From a virus (taxonomy: Duplodnaviria; Caudoviricetes), in the IMG/VR virus record IMGVR_UViG_3300048996_000071, positions 1 through 60,544 of that record: a stretch of DNA of 60,544 bases. The stretch is one strand, 5' to 3'. Below the pieces are notes generated by a model. That model was not told the DNA's origin, made no database searches, and saw nothing but the letters and a program-made list of their open reading frames with translations. The translations under genes and the position numbers were made by a program. Each line of letters opens with the position of its first letter. The stretch's first letter is position 1. Shown piece after piece: positions 23,819 to 34,471 of the stretch.

Positions 23819-24243
23819 CAGCGAACACGACACACTTCTCGGAGAAGGACTGCCCCGTCAAGGAGTGGCACGGCAACCCGTTCCGGTACTGCGGCTCGTG
23901 CAATTGGAGCGAGGAGACCAAACCGGTGAAGTCGCCTGACTACGTCTTCGACTTGATTCGCGCACTCAAGGATAATACGCCCCTGAACTTCCATGGCCAC
24001 GAGGTGCCAGCGGATATCCAGGCTGCGCTTTCCCAGCTGGACTGGGTGAGGCGTGACAAGCACGCCTGCCTCATCGACGCTGAGGTGGACCACTTCGCGG
24101 TCCGCGAGCAGTACATCATCGGGTGCCAGTGCCACGAGGGCAACGTCAAGCACATCTGGCAGCCCGGTGACCCGGCGTACGTCTGTCCGACGTCCGGCGT
24201 TACGGTCGCCGACCCGCGCACCCTCATCAAGCAGGGGGACTGA
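23815..24243 (+). CDS. Cys/His-rich hypothetical protein
   Basis: ATGA overlap. Confidence 0.6.
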   Translation: MTANTTHFSEKDCPVKEWHGNPFRYCGSCNWSEETKPVKSPDYVFDLIRALKDNTPLNFHGHEVPADIQAALSQLDWVRRDKHACLIDAEVDHFAVREQYIIGCQCHEGNVKHIWQPGDPAYVCPTSGVTVADPRTLIKQGD

Positions 24244-24244
24244 G

Positions 24245-24529
24245 ATGGGTGTCGTTTACGAGCCGCCGGTTGTGCACACCTGTAGGCCGGGCTGGACGCT
24301 GCGGGTCCTCACGGAGTCGCTGCCGCCGTTCTTTCTGCCGGTCGGTACCCGCCTGTCAGATCCGCCGACGCCCTGGAATTACCCCGCCGGGACCGTGGTC
24401 GAGTGCGACTGCGGTAAAACGCACGTGAGCCTGGGCTCCGTGCGCCGCAACACGCCGGGCATGTGCTTCTTTCGCTCCGAGGGTCGGTTCGAGCGGTGGC
24501 GTCGCGAGCGGCGGCAGGCGCGTGTTTAA
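24245..24529 (+). CDS. hypothetical protein (MGVVYEPP...)
   Basis: HTC and ECDCG motifs; follows the previous stop. Confidence 0.55.
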   Translation: MGVVYEPPVVHTCRPGWTLRVLTESLPPFFLPVGTRLSDPPTPWNYPAGTVVECDCGKTHVSLGSVRRNTPGMCFFRSEGRFERWRRERRQARV

Positions 24530-24678
24530 GTCTGTTCATCTTCGACTTGCCCCTGGTCGCTACGCATGCGGCGTTGGCAAGCGTTGGTCTAGTCAGGACA
24601 TTAGCAGTGTCTTGCGGCCACGGAAGGTTGACTGTGGCGGGTGTAAGCGTACCGTCGCCTATCGCAAGTTGGTGAAGC

Positions 24679-26535
24679 GTGTCTAAGACGCTCGAAGAGG
24701 AACTCGAGTGGCTGCAGAATAATCCGGCGTTCGATGAGCGTCCTGCCAGCATTACCGAGTTCCTCGGGCCGGATTACCTGAACATCGAGGGGGGCGTTCG
24801 GCCGGGCGTCCGCAAGGCACTTGTTGACATCTTCGGAGAAGAGTCAAACGGTGAGACTATCGCTCGGGTGCAGCGCGCCATCATGACCGGGGCGATCGGT
24901 ATCGGTAAGACGACTCTCGCATCCATCGCTCTGCCGTACATGTGTCACTGGGTCCTGTGCCTCAGTGACCCACAGGATTTCTTTGACCTCCTGCCTGGCA
25001 GTCGTATCGCGTTCATGCAGATGTCGACCAGCGAGGACCAGGCGAAGCAGGTTCTCTTCGGCGACATCTTTGCCCGCATCAACCACTCCCCGTGGTTCAA
25101 GAAGTTTCCGTACGACTCTCGGTTCAAAAACCAGATTCGGTTCCCGAAAGATATCTGGGTCGTACCGGGCGACAGCTCCGAGACTACCTTCGAGGGTTAT
25201 AACATTCTGGGTGGCATCCTTGACGAGATCGACTCCCACAAGGTCACGCCCAAGAAGGATTATGCGCAGAGTGGATACGACACGATCAACTCCCGAATCG
25301 AGTCGCGGTACGGCACCAAGGGACTGCTGATCCTGATCGGACAGATGAAGGCATCGCTCGGGTTCGCCGCCAAGAAGTACAAAGAGTTTAAGGTCGATCC
25401 TGACGCAGCCGTCGCTCGCATGTCCATCTGGGAGTCGTTCGGCTGGGACGACAAGCGCTTCAATGACGGCCACGGCAATCGCAAGAGCTTCTGGTATGAC
25501 CCGCGGCGTAAGGGTATCGTACCTGATGTGTCCATCAAGATGGGCGCAGTCTCCACGACGGAGCACCTCATCGAGATACCGCGCACGTACATGGCCAGCT
25601 TCCTGAACGATCCCGAGAAGGCGCTGCGGGACCTGGCTGGCATTCCTCCGCTGGTCGGCGCTGCCTTCATCGGCATGGGTGACCGTATCTACGAGGCGCG
25701 CGATCGGTGGAACGAGAGGTTCCCAGGCGTAGGCAGTCCTGTCCGTACGACCTTGTCGTCGGCAGACTTCGAATCGTGGTTCCGGGCGCCGGACACGCTC
25801 CCCCGGGCGGCCCATCTAGACATCGCGTACGCGTCGGACGGCGACGCGCTGGGGCTAGCGATGGGCCACGTTCCGGAGGTCAAGGAAATCGATGGCGAGC
25901 TACGGCCAGTCATCGTGTTCGATTTCCTGCTGCGCATGAGGCCCATGCCGGGTTACCAGCTGATCTTGAGTGACATCCGACAGATCATCTATTACCTGCG
26001 AGATGACCTGGGATTCAAGATTGAGAAAGTCACGATGGATGGCTTCCAGTCTACGGACATGATGCAGCAGCTCCAGAAGCGCCGGGTGAATGCTGAATAT
26101 TTGTCGGTCGACAAAAAGAAGTTGCCCTACCAGGACTTGCGTGACGCACTGTACGAACGGCGCGTAGAGTTCCCCCAGTACATCACGCACCGGCGGCACG
26201 GTGACGTAGAGCGTGTCGAGATCGCCATCGAGGAATTGTCGCAGCTAGTCGACGCTGGTCCAAAAATCGATCACCCCGACGGTGGCAGTAAGGACGTGGC
26301 AGACGCCATGGCCGGTGTTGTGCATACCCTCATGGGTGACCGCAAATACCGCCGTGGTGTATCCTCCGTAAGTCCTGTCGATGGGCAGGAGCACCCGACG
26401 GGTGGCAGCAGCTTCAGTGGCATTTTCGCACCATCGCCCCTCTCGGGACTCGCAGTGCCTTCGCTCCCAGTCCCCGGGTCGCTGCTGCGCGGAGCTCCGA
26501 ACCTGCCTGACTATCTCCGTCCACGGAATCGGTAG
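24679..26535 (+). CDS. terL: terminase large subunit
   Basis: Walker A GAIGIGKT, Walker B GILDE, RNase H motifs HLDIA/MDG, KIDHP..GSKDVADA. Confidence 0.92.
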   Translation: MSKTLEEELEWLQNNPAFDERPASITEFLGPDYLNIEGGVRPGVRKALVDIFGEESNGETIARVQRAIMTGAIGIGKTTLASIALPYMCHWVLCLSDPQDFFDLLPGSRIAFMQMSTSEDQAKQVLFGDIFARINHSPWFKKFPYDSRFKNQIRFPKDIWVVPGDSSETTFEGYNILGGILDEIDSHKVTPKKDYAQSGYDTINSRIESRYGTKGLLILIGQMKASLGFAAKKYKEFKVDPDAAVARMSIWESFGWDDKRFNDGHGNRKSFWYDPRRKGIVPDVSIKMGAVSTTEHLIEIPRTYMASFLNDPEKALRDLAGIPPLVGAAFIGMGDRIYEARDRWNERFPGVGSPVRTTLSSADFESWFRAPDTLPRAAHLDIAYASDGDALGLAMGHVPEVKEIDGELRPVIVFDFLLRMRPMPGYQLILSDIRQIIYYLRDDLGFKIEKVTMDGFQSTDMMQQLQKRRVNAEYLSVDKKKLPYQDLRDALYERRVEFPQYITHRRHGDVERVEIAIEELSQLVDAGPKIDHPDGGSKDVADAMAGVVHTLMGDRKYRRGVSSVSPVDGQEHPTGGSSFSGIFAPSPLSGLAVPSLPVPGSLLRGAPNLPDYLRPRNR

Positions 26536-26541
26536 GTACCA

Positions 26542-28293
26542 GTGTCCGGACTTGAGAAGCGTCCGCCTTTCGTCGGCCCCACAAAGGCGCCCGCGGAAGC
26601 GCCTAGGACAACACGTGAGGCGCGGGCCAGCGGGTCCGAGTTCAAAAAGGCGGCGCCTCCGCAGCTCGGTGAGGCGTTCGGTCAGGTTTGGCACAACGAC
26701 AGCAGAGTCTGGAACCGCCTTCCCGGCGGTGGCATTATCCAGTTCGACCTGAATCAGCTGACGCTGTCTGACTTCCGGGCGATGAAGGATCACTACCAGA
26801 TCAACGCAAGCCTCAGTGTGCTGATGTTCCTCATGCATCAGCTGGACTGGAAGGTTGTCAGCGACAACCCGAAGATCGCCAAGTTCTGCGACGACAACAT
26901 GCGTGAGGTGTGGACCCGCATGGTCCGCGCACTGAGTCAGTCGTTCTGGGCGGGATACTCGCCCAACATTCTCCAGTGGGAGAATGACATCGATGGCAGG
27001 GCTGTCAAGCTCACCAAGATCAAGGACCTGATTCCCGAGCTGTGCGACGTCAACTGGAAGGACGTGGAAGGCTGGGCGCCGCCGGGCCATAACAAGCCGA
27101 AGATTCAGGTCTACGACGGGATCAATCAGTACGGACTTGGCTGGCCGATTCCGCCCGAGAATACTCTGTGGTACACGCTTCTCAAGGAGAACCAGAACGT
27201 GTACGGCAGGAAGCTGCTGCGGCCCGCCTTCACGCCGTGGTACTTCAGCATCCTGATCCACATGTTTGCCAACAGGTACATGGAGCGCTTCGGCGAGCCG
27301 CTGCCTGTTGGTCGGGCGCCGATGGACAACATCACGCTGCCGAATGGGAAGAAGACCACCGGCCTCGCCGTCATGGGTGAGATTCTGCAGAACTTGCGGA
27401 ACCGTGCCGTCGTCGTTCTGCCTGACGACCGGACGCTGCTCGGTACCAGCAACGCCGAGTTTGATTACCAAATTGAATACTTGGAATCGCAGATGCGTGG
27501 CGCCGACTTCGAGCGCTATCTCATGCGGCTCGACGAGGAGATCAGCCTTGCGCTGTTCACTCCGCTTCTGATCCTGCGCACCGCCGACGTGGGTAGCTAC
27601 AACCTGGGCACCACACACTGGAACGTGTTCCAGCAGATGCTGAACGCACTGTCTGGCGACTGGGCTGAGTACATCGACAGGTACGTACTGGCACCGATGG
27701 TCAAGTTCAACTTCGGAGCGAACGCCAAGAAGGCGCACATCAAGTTCCGCAAGCTCGGCGACGAGAAGTCGCAGCTCGTCATCACTCTCCTGCAGGCATT
27801 GGTCTCCGCGAACAAGGCGGACCTGGATTTGGAGCAGCTCGGTGAGATCGCTGGACTCACTCTTAGTGAGGTCAAGGAAGTCACGACGCCGCCGGACGCG
27901 CCTCCATCAGATCCAGCCAATGATTCAGGCTCGGGCGGCGGTGGAGCTGGTTCAACTGGAAAGACAGGAGATAAGGGGGGGTCGGCTAATCGGCGAGCCG
28001 GGAGTCAGCTACCGGGTGTGGATTCGGTGCGAGCCCAGATATCGGCTCGAGTTGCCGCCCAGCTGGCGCGTGCGACTGCTGCGCAGGATTCTTCCATTCG
28101 ACCGGACCTTGGCTTTCGTCGACAGCTTGGCGATGCTTTCGGATCCAGGGCCTCGAGTCATGATCTGGACCGAGTATACACAGTGGCCGGATCGTGGCTT
28201 GGCGAGATGTACGACGCAGGAATCCCCGACCTGGCTGGCAAGTTTGACGTCTTCCTGAAGGAACTCCTGGAGGCTCTGGGTGGCGCAGACTGA
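26542..28293 (+). CDS. portal protein (DUF935/Mu gp29-like)
   Basis: Position after terL; YGRKLLRPA..W, YMERFGEP and GSYNLG motifs. Confidence 0.85.
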   Translation: MSGLEKRPPFVGPTKAPAEAPRTTREARASGSEFKKAAPPQLGEAFGQVWHNDSRVWNRLPGGGIIQFDLNQLTLSDFRAMKDHYQINASLSVLMFLMHQLDWKVVSDNPKIAKFCDDNMREVWTRMVRALSQSFWAGYSPNILQWENDIDGRAVKLTKIKDLIPELCDVNWKDVEGWAPPGHNKPKIQVYDGINQYGLGWPIPPENTLWYTLLKENQNVYGRKLLRPAFTPWYFSILIHMFANRYMERFGEPLPVGRAPMDNITLPNGKKTTGLAVMGEILQNLRNRAVVVLPDDRTLLGTSNAEFDYQIEYLESQMRGADFERYLMRLDEEISLALFTPLLILRTADVGSYNLGTTHWNVFQQMLNALSGDWAEYIDRYVLAPMVKFNFGANAKKAHIKFRKLGDEKSQLVITLLQALVSANKADLDLEQLGEIAGLTLSEVKEVTTPPDAPPSDPANDSGSGGGGAGSTGKTGDKGGSANRRAGSQLPGVDSVRAQISARVAAQLARATAAQDSSIRPDLGFRRQLGDAFGSRASSHDLDRVYTVAGSWLGEMYDAGIPDLAGKFDVFLKELLEALGGAD

Positions 28294-28606
28294 GATACCG
28301 CGAACCTCGCGTCATCAGCCGCGCACGAAGAATGACCTTAGGTGCATGTGCCGTCGCCAATGTTTACTAGCGGTGTTCGGGCTTGACGCTCGGGGTAGGC
28401 TCTACCTGCACGTCAAGGTTTACAAGCAGGATCGGATCTTCGGAAACCTGATACTGCGTGGCGGTCCAGTGGAGTTGCAGTGTCGCGAGTGCTTTCGCTG
28501 GCATATCATCAACTTCAGAAACAACGAGCCGGTGATGGAAGAAACCAGAGCCCCCGCCGAGATAAGGCAGACGAATGACGACACTGGCACTGCCGAGGGC
28601 GCGTAG
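28280..28606 (+). CDS. Zn-ribbon protein (Mu Com-like)
   Basis: LRCMC...LL...VELQCREC. Confidence 0.55.
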   Translation: MAQTEIPRTSRHQPRTKNDLRCMCRRQCLLAVFGLDARGRLYLHVKVYKQDRIFGNLILRGGPVELQCRECFRWHIINFRNNEPVMEETRAPAEIRQTNDDTGTAEGA

Positions 28607-29741
28607 CTTCTTCACGCTCTCGGACGGGTTCGGGATCCAGCCGAATGTCTACCGCAAGAGCAGCAAGCGTACCCTGGTGGTTGAGCACGCGGCAGTCTTT
28701 CGTTCCGGCACGTTCCGCGACAGCAGTGGATACCAGAATGAATGGCTGGATATCCACATGCGGCAGATGTTGGAGAACTTCAACTACCTGCGCAACAACA
28801 AGATCTTCGAGAACGTTCCGGTTCGCCTCGGTCATCCCGGGTTCCTGATCAACGGGACGCCTGGCACTGGTGCCGTGGCGGGCTGGCACACGGCGCTCGT
28901 GTCGGAGAAGCTCGTCGCTCCGCATGACGGCGTGGAGTATGACTACGTCTTCGCGGACTTCGAGATCTTGGACGGCAAGGCGGCCGACGACTACGAGGCC
29001 GGCCTTCTGCGGAACAGGTCCGCGGAGATCATCCCGTACTTCACCAATAACGAAGCAGAATTTTGGCCCACCTATGCGGGGTTCGCGTTCGTGGACATCC
29101 CGGCGGTGGAGGGCCTAAACTTCAGCCGCGACACGTCAACGGCCCAGGGCGGGGATGCACCAGCCCGAGTCATCGTCATGTTCGACAAGGAGATTCCAAG
29201 CATGACCACTCCCGTTTCGGGCGTTCCGGCCCCGGCAGACCGTCCGGCCCTGGGTGGTGCCCCGCAGGCGCAGGCCCAGGCTCACGTGTTCAGTATCAAC
29301 GGCCAGGCGACCAGCGACTTCGCCGCTGTGCAGCGGCATATCACCGTGCTGGAGACGCAGGCCTCCGAGACCCGTACCGCCGCGCGTCAGGCGTTCGTCA
29401 GCAACCTCGCGCACCACGGTGCGATCCTGGCGGCTGCGATTCCCGACTTCGAGGCCGCTGTCGCGAAGATGGACGACGAGACCTACGACCTGTTCTGCAA
29501 GGGCTACGCGGGTGTCGGCACGCTTTCGGCCGTCGGACAGCACGCCGCCCCGGCCGCCGCTGGCGCACAGGGCACCCAGTTCAGCAACGGCGCCGGTGCG
29601 GTGGCCAACCCGCAGGCGGAGGAGATCGAGATCGCCAAGCAGGTCGTCGCGGGCCTCCGGCGCAACGGCATGCACGGCGCCCAGCTCAAGTCGCGGCCGT
29701 CGTACCAGAAGCTCGTCGCCGCGGGCCTCGAGCAGGCGTAA
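28575..29741 (+). CDS. capsid maturation protease/scaffold
   Basis: PVRLGH, AVAGW, RSAE, AFVDIPAVEGL; Ala-rich scaffold tail; synteny. Confidence 0.8.
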   Translation: MTTLALPRARSFFTLSDGFGIQPNVYRKSSKRTLVVEHAAVFRSGTFRDSSGYQNEWLDIHMRQMLENFNYLRNNKIFENVPVRLGHPGFLINGTPGTGAVAGWHTALVSEKLVAPHDGVEYDYVFADFEILDGKAADDYEAGLLRNRSAEIIPYFTNNEAEFWPTYAGFAFVDIPAVEGLNFSRDTSTAQGGDAPARVIVMFDKEIPSMTTPVSGVPAPADRPALGGAPQAQAQAHVFSINGQATSDFAAVQRHITVLETQASETRTAARQAFVSNLAHHGAILAAAIPDFEAAVAKMDDETYDLFCKGYAGVGTLSAVGQHAAPAAAGAQGTQFSNGAGAVANPQAEEIEIAKQVVAGLRRNGMHGAQLKSRPSYQKLVAAGLEQA

Positions 29742-29781
29742 GCCACACTCGCCGGACGACTGAGAGAGAGCAGAAACAAAC

Positions 29782-30567
29782 ATGGCTGACTTCGTCAAGG
29801 GTGGGCTTCCGGTCACGCCGTTCGGCGAGAACAACTGGCTGCGGTCCACCAAGCTGGTCCGGACCACGTCCTACACGGTAGCTCGTGCGACGATCCCCCC
29901 GGTCACCATCGACGGCGTCCCGGGCCAGCGTGCCCTGCAGAAGGGCACCGTCATGGCCAAGATCACCTCCGGCCCGGACACCGGCAAGATCGGCCCGTTC
30001 CAGGCGGCCGGTACTGCCGAGGTGCAGACGGTGACCCCGACCACGGTGACGGCGGGCACCTTCACGCTGACCATCGTCAACCCGGTGACCGGCGTCTCGC
30101 GCACCACGGCGGCCATCGCCTTCAACGCCACGGCGGCGGTCATCCAGGCTGCACTCGAAGCACTGGACAACGTCGACGCCGGTGATATCCTGGCGGCTGG
30201 CGGTCCCATCAACACCACGGCAGTCACGCTGACCTTCTACGGCCAGTTCATCGGCAACCCGGCGCAGATGACCGTGAGCAACACTGGTCTGACCGGCACC
30301 CTTGCGGTCACGACCACAACGGCAGGTGTCGCCGGAGCGGCGGACGGTCGCCAGACGCTGGGCAACATCGTCGGCATCAACAACACCTGGGTGCCGTGGC
30401 AGTTCATGGAGCGCGACGTCGAGGTTGCCATCGCCTACGAGGCGGCCGGCGTCCAGGCGTGGTGCATCGAGCTGGACGCGGCAGGCCTGCCGATCACGCT
30501 CACGAACACCACGCGCGACCAGATGAAGGGTGGCGTCACTGCCACCATGGACCTGAAGTTCCATTAA
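29782..30567 (+). CDS. head decoration protein with an inserted domain
   Basis: GTVMAKIT..GKIGPF...ADG.QT..IVGI (gpD-like), located between protease and major capsid gene. Confidence 0.75.
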   Translation: MADFVKGGLPVTPFGENNWLRSTKLVRTTSYTVARATIPPVTIDGVPGQRALQKGTVMAKITSGPDTGKIGPFQAAGTAEVQTVTPTTVTAGTFTLTIVNPVTGVSRTTAAIAFNATAAVIQAALEALDNVDAGDILAAGGPINTTAVTLTFYGQFIGNPAQMTVSNTGLTGTLAVTTTTAGVAGAADGRQTLGNIVGINNTWVPWQFMERDVEVAIAYEAAGVQAWCIELDAAGLPITLTNTTRDQMKGGVTATMDLKFH

Positions 30568-30582
30568 GAAGGGTTGCCAGGT

Positions 30583-31893
30583 ATGACTGGTTTCAACGCA
30601 CCGGGGATGGCCGGTCCTGCTGGCGGTCCTGCTGGCGGTGCCTCGCAGGGCGTCGGTACGCTGACTGGCAGTCCCAACGTCCCGGCGTATGTGCAGTTCA
30701 CGAACCCGGCCTTGCGTGGAGCCGTGAACCACGCTTCGCCGATTGGCCTCGACCGGATCATCCGGCGCGAGGTCATGCTGGGCATCGTTCGCGAGATCGT
30801 TCCGCCACTGCAGCACATCGGTACGACGCTGTGCCCGTGGCTGGAGGTCGACTCGGACGACGTCATCTTCGGCTACGCGCAGGGTCAGGCCGACGGCCTC
30901 ATCCCGGCCCGCGCCGAGGACGCCGAAGCGGAACTCGCCCAGAAGGATGACACCTTCCTGACCGAGGGCCGGGCGTCCGTCATCGACTGGGCGGTCAAGG
31001 ACCACTACGACGCCAGCGACGTGCAGCGTGCTCGCGAGTGGCTCCGCATCCGCGAGCTGATGCGGGACCAGGAGGTGCTGCCGCTGACCGCGGGTTCCGC
31101 GGGCGCCGACTTCGCCGCCAAGCTCACGCGGGACGCGGTGAAGCGCAAGCGCAAGCTGGACAACCGGATTGAGTGGCTGATCATGTCAGCCCTCTCGACC
31201 GGTGCCATCGCCTACAACGATGGCCGCATCAAGTTCGCGGTGGACTTCCTCCGTCCGGGCAACCAGCAGGCGGTCGCGCCGGGTACCACGCTGTCGACGG
31301 GCAACGTCCTGGGCACCGGCTGGTCGAACACCAACTCGGACCCGATCGGCGACATCATCGCCATCCAGCAGTACATGTTCGACGTCTACGGGATCACCAT
31401 CCGCAAGGCCATGGTCTCCCGCAAGATTCTGAACATGATCATGAAGTCGGACAAGTTCGTCGCTCGGTCCGGCCTGGTTGTGGGCGGCACGCCGTCTTCG
31501 CCGATCAACCCCAACTACGTGATCGACGGCTGGGGTCCGGCGGCAGCCATCGCCATCGTGGCGCAGCAGACCGGCATCACGTTCATCGAGTACGACTCGG
31601 TGTACCGCACGCGGAACGTCGCGAGCAACACCTTCGTGAACAACAGGTTCTTCCCGGAGAACCGCATCCTGTTCATGCCCGACGAGGCCGAGGTCGCCGA
31701 GTTCGACGACACCGAGCTGGGCATGGGTCGTCTGCTCACCTCGCCTCATCCGGCGAACAACTGGTCCCCGGGCGTCTACAACTGGGACCACGAGTACGGC
31801 GTGGACCCGTGGGGCGCCGACTACGGCACCGGCGTCAAGGCCTTCCCGGTCTTCCCGCACATGGATCTGACGCTCACCTACGACGTCTTCTAG
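30583..31893 (+). CDS. major capsid protein (lambda gpE-like)
   Basis: RIEWLIMSALSTG, WS..NSDPIGDI; strong codon bias; synteny. Confidence 0.88.
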   Translation: MTGFNAPGMAGPAGGPAGGASQGVGTLTGSPNVPAYVQFTNPALRGAVNHASPIGLDRIIRREVMLGIVREIVPPLQHIGTTLCPWLEVDSDDVIFGYAQGQADGLIPARAEDAEAELAQKDDTFLTEGRASVIDWAVKDHYDASDVQRAREWLRIRELMRDQEVLPLTAGSAGADFAAKLTRDAVKRKRKLDNRIEWLIMSALSTGAIAYNDGRIKFAVDFLRPGNQQAVAPGTTLSTGNVLGTGWSNTNSDPIGDIIAIQQYMFDVYGITIRKAMVSRKILNMIMKSDKFVARSGLVVGGTPSSPINPNYVIDGWGPAAAIAIVAQQTGITFIEYDSVYRTRNVASNTFVNNRFFPENRILFMPDEAEVAEFDDTELGMGRLLTSPHPANNWSPGVYNWDHEYGVDPWGADYGTGVKAFPVFPHMDLTLTYDVF

Positions 31894-31897
31894 GAGT

Positions 31898-31928
31898 CTG
31901 GCGCGCGCCGCACCTGGGTGCGCGCCAG
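31898..31928 (+). terminator. hairpin after the major capsid gene
   Basis: CTGGCGCGCGCC/GGTGCGCGCCAG. Confidence 0.6.
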
Positions 31929-31949
31929 CTCAGGACGGAGAACAGTAAG

Positions 31950-32144
31950 ATGGCAACCAAGAACGCTGACGGAACGGTCACGCTGCGGACCCAGGGTTCG
32001 CTGGCGTACACGCCGAGCATCACGCCGACCACGAGCCTTTCCCGGCCTGCCACTGCGAAGTCGATCGGCGGCGGCGGCTTCGAGTCGTCCGGCCGGCTTG
32101 CCAAGCAGAAGGGGCGTTCGATCGCCTCCAAGTCCGCCCGGTAA
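31950..32144 (+). CDS. small basic protein (MATKNADG...)
   Basis: GGAG RBS; 64 aa. Confidence 0.6.
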   Translation: MATKNADGTVTLRTQGSLAYTPSITPTTSLSRPATAKSIGGGGFESSGRLAKQKGRSIASKSAR

Positions 32145-32208
32145 GTACCCAAGGTTGGGGGTGTCTCTGCGGAGGCATCCCCTTTCCTTACAGTGAGGGA
32201 GCAACGCA

Positions 32209-32571
32209 ATGTCCGACCAGCCCGAGAACACCCCGGCCGGTTCGTACCGAGTCGCAGGCAACGACGTCTCCGGTTATCTGGGTGTCGACAACGAGTACAT
32301 GAACTACGCCGACGAGACTCAGAAGCCGAGCCTCACGGAGGAGGAGCAGTACCTGTTCCTCCCGGCTCCGGTCGACGAGGAAGACGAGTCGGTCGAGGGC
32401 TACGGCCCCGTGACGGACGAGGAGAAGTCGGCCGAGTCCGACGACGAGGACGCCGAGCACAAGGAGCAGCGGAACCCGGAGCCACTTCCGGGCGACTTCG
32501 TTGCCCCCTCCCAGTCGCCGTCACCCGAAGCCGAGACGGTTACCCTGGCGCCGACGCGTCCGGCCCTGTAG
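32209..32571 (+). CDS. acidic hypothetical protein
   Basis: GGGAG RBS; 120 aa. Confidence 0.7.
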   Translation: MSDQPENTPAGSYRVAGNDVSGYLGVDNEYMNYADETQKPSLTEEEQYLFLPAPVDEEDESVEGYGPVTDEEKSAESDDEDAEHKEQRNPEPLPGDFVAPSQSPSPEAETVTLAPTRPAL

Positions 32572-32601
32572 CAACCAGCACTGCAACAAGGAGGATGGGC
32601 A

Positions 32602-33093
32602 GTGTCATACTCCACTCCTGATCAGGTACTGCTCGGGAACATTCCGCTGCCCGCAGCCGACAAGGTGCGCAACGCAGTCGATCGTGCCGCCGACGAGATC
32701 GACGGCACGATCGGCTTCCTGTACCAGACGCCGATCAGGTCGATTGGCCCTCACCAGCGTGCAGTCGAGGCGCTGATGATAAACCTCAATAACTGGCTTG
32801 CAACCGGACGTCTCGGCATGGAGCTGACGGCAAGCACGCAGCGCGTCGAGCTGCATTCGTACTTTGCTGTCCTCGTGAAGCAGGCAGTTGATACGCTTGC
32901 CAGGATCGTCGCCGGAGATATCGTCTTGGAAGGTGTTCCAGTTCCTGGCGGCGGAACTGCAGCGATGTCAGGTCCGGCGATTTACAACAAGGATGACAGC
33001 TCTAACGTCGATGACTTTTACGATAAGGTCAGCAATCCGCCGACGTATCCGGCTGAAGGCTTCTACCTGTTCGGGCCGAGGATGTACTTCTAA
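32602..33093 (+). CDS. head-tail adaptor
   Basis: MSYST start, A.DEIDG.IG.LY.TP (Mu gp36/SPP1 gp15-like pattern). Confidence 0.7.
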   Translation: MSYSTPDQVLLGNIPLPAADKVRNAVDRAADEIDGTIGFLYQTPIRSIGPHQRAVEALMINLNNWLATGRLGMELTASTQRVELHSYFAVLVKQAVDTLARIVAGDIVLEGVPVPGGGTAAMSGPAIYNKDDSSNVDDFYDKVSNPPTYPAEGFYLFGPRMYF

Positions 33094-33587
33094 TGCCGAC
33101 CCGTGCAGATGTAGACATCTCAGTAGACCCAAGCCGCGTCTCCGTGATGCTACTGAAGATGCAGATCAAGCTTCAGGCTGCTGGCCTTGAAATGTTCATG
33201 CAGAACACAGTGGTTCCGTGGCTGAAGATCCGCGCGGCCAAGAGGTTCACCTCGGAGGGCGACGACGCATCAGGTAAGTGGACTCCCCTGAAAAAAGCTA
33301 CCGAGGGGTTTCGTACGCGCCAGGGATTCCCCGCTGCGCACCCGATCAACGTTCGAACCCTTCAGATGTTCGACTTCATCACCAGTGCCAACGGCAGTAT
33401 GACCGGTGGCTCGGGTTACGCATCGCTCAACTGGCCTGGCTCAAGCGGCCGCGCAAAGAAGATTGACGAAAAGATTCGCACCGCCCAGGGCCTCAAGCCC
33501 GGCGTCGTTGCCAGGCCGGTGCTTGGCCTCAGCCAGCGCGACGATATCTTCATCGCGGGCCGCCTCCTCACCCACCTGTTGAGTTGA
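33093..33587 (+). CDS. virion morphogenesis protein (Mu gpG-like)
   Basis: RF..EG....GKWTPLK..T and ARPVLGLS motifs. Confidence 0.75.
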   Translation: MPTRADVDISVDPSRVSVMLLKMQIKLQAAGLEMFMQNTVVPWLKIRAAKRFTSEGDDASGKWTPLKKATEGFRTRQGFPAAHPINVRTLQMFDFITSANGSMTGGSGYASLNWPGSSGRAKKIDEKIRTAQGLKPGVVARPVLGLSQRDDIFIAGRLLTHLLS

Positions 33588-33588
33588 C

Positions 33589-34104
33589 ATGACGATCCTG
33601 CCGGATCTTAACTGCTTCCCGAACAACGCCGTGGAGATCCTTGTTCCGCGACTGAAGACGCTTGATGTGGACATTCCTGTCCTCAAGCGTCCATTGCGAG
33701 ATGGCGACGGCGAGCAGGCAATCGGCGTCTTCGCCAGCACGTGGCTGCCGGACGAGGCGAGCTATGAGATGAACGGCGGCGTGAGCCTGCTCGGGCAGCC
33801 ACGTGCCGCCAGCGAGCAGACGCTGAGCACCTACACGATCAACGTTCAGGGCTACGTCTTGGACACCGACGAGCAAAAAGGCATCGGCGTTCACAATGTT
33901 CTAGCGAAGATGATTCGCGCGTTGCTTTACCGCGACCCGGTGTTGGCCGTAGGATTGGACGCACTTAGCTACACGTTGTTCGGTTCGACCGAGCGGATTC
34001 AGCGTAGACGAGTCGGTGTCCAGCGGTACTTGAACGACGAGATCGGCGGCGTGTTCATGTTCCTGTCGACGCTGGAGTACTACATCGAGACAGAGACAAC
34101 GTAG
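33589..34104 (+). CDS. tail terminator/completion protein
   Basis: Size and synteny. Confidence 0.55.
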   Translation: MTILPDLNCFPNNAVEILVPRLKTLDVDIPVLKRPLRDGDGEQAIGVFASTWLPDEASYEMNGGVSLLGQPRAASEQTLSTYTINVQGYVLDTDEQKGIGVHNVLAKMIRALLYRDPVLAVGLDALSYTLFGSTERIQRRRVGVQRYLNDEIGGVFMFLSTLEYYIETETT

Positions 34105-34123
34105 CTTCGAGACGAGGGCTGAA

Positions 34124-34471
34124 ATGTCAGTTACCCCCGAGCGACTGGCGGAGCAGCGGCGGTACGCCGAACAGCTTCGTCGGGAGATCGCAACGCTGGA
34201 CTTCGCAGCGCGCGAAGACCTGGTGGAAGCGGAACTCGCTAACCAGAGCGTGGCCCTCGATGAGGAGATCGCGCGGCTGGAGGCCCAGCGCAGTGAGAAG
34301 GTTGAGATTGCGGTGCGCCAGGGCGGCGGGTCCGTGGCCGAGGCTCTGGCTGCGATGGAGGCGGTGGAGCGCGAGTCTGCGCTGCCGGTTCCTGCGCCCA
34401 GTGCACGTCCGTCGATCGGCGTCACCCCCACCGCCACGAGCACGAGCACCGAAGGTGAGGGCGGCAAGTAA
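34124..34471 (+). CDS. coiled-coil hypothetical protein
   Basis: Heptad-rich; stop overlaps the tail-tube start. Confidence 0.65.
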   Translation: MSVTPERLAEQRRYAEQLRREIATLDFAAREDLVEAELANQSVALDEEIARLEAQRSEKVEIAVRQGGGSVAEALAAMEAVERESALPVPAPSARPSIGVTPTATSTSTEGEGGK

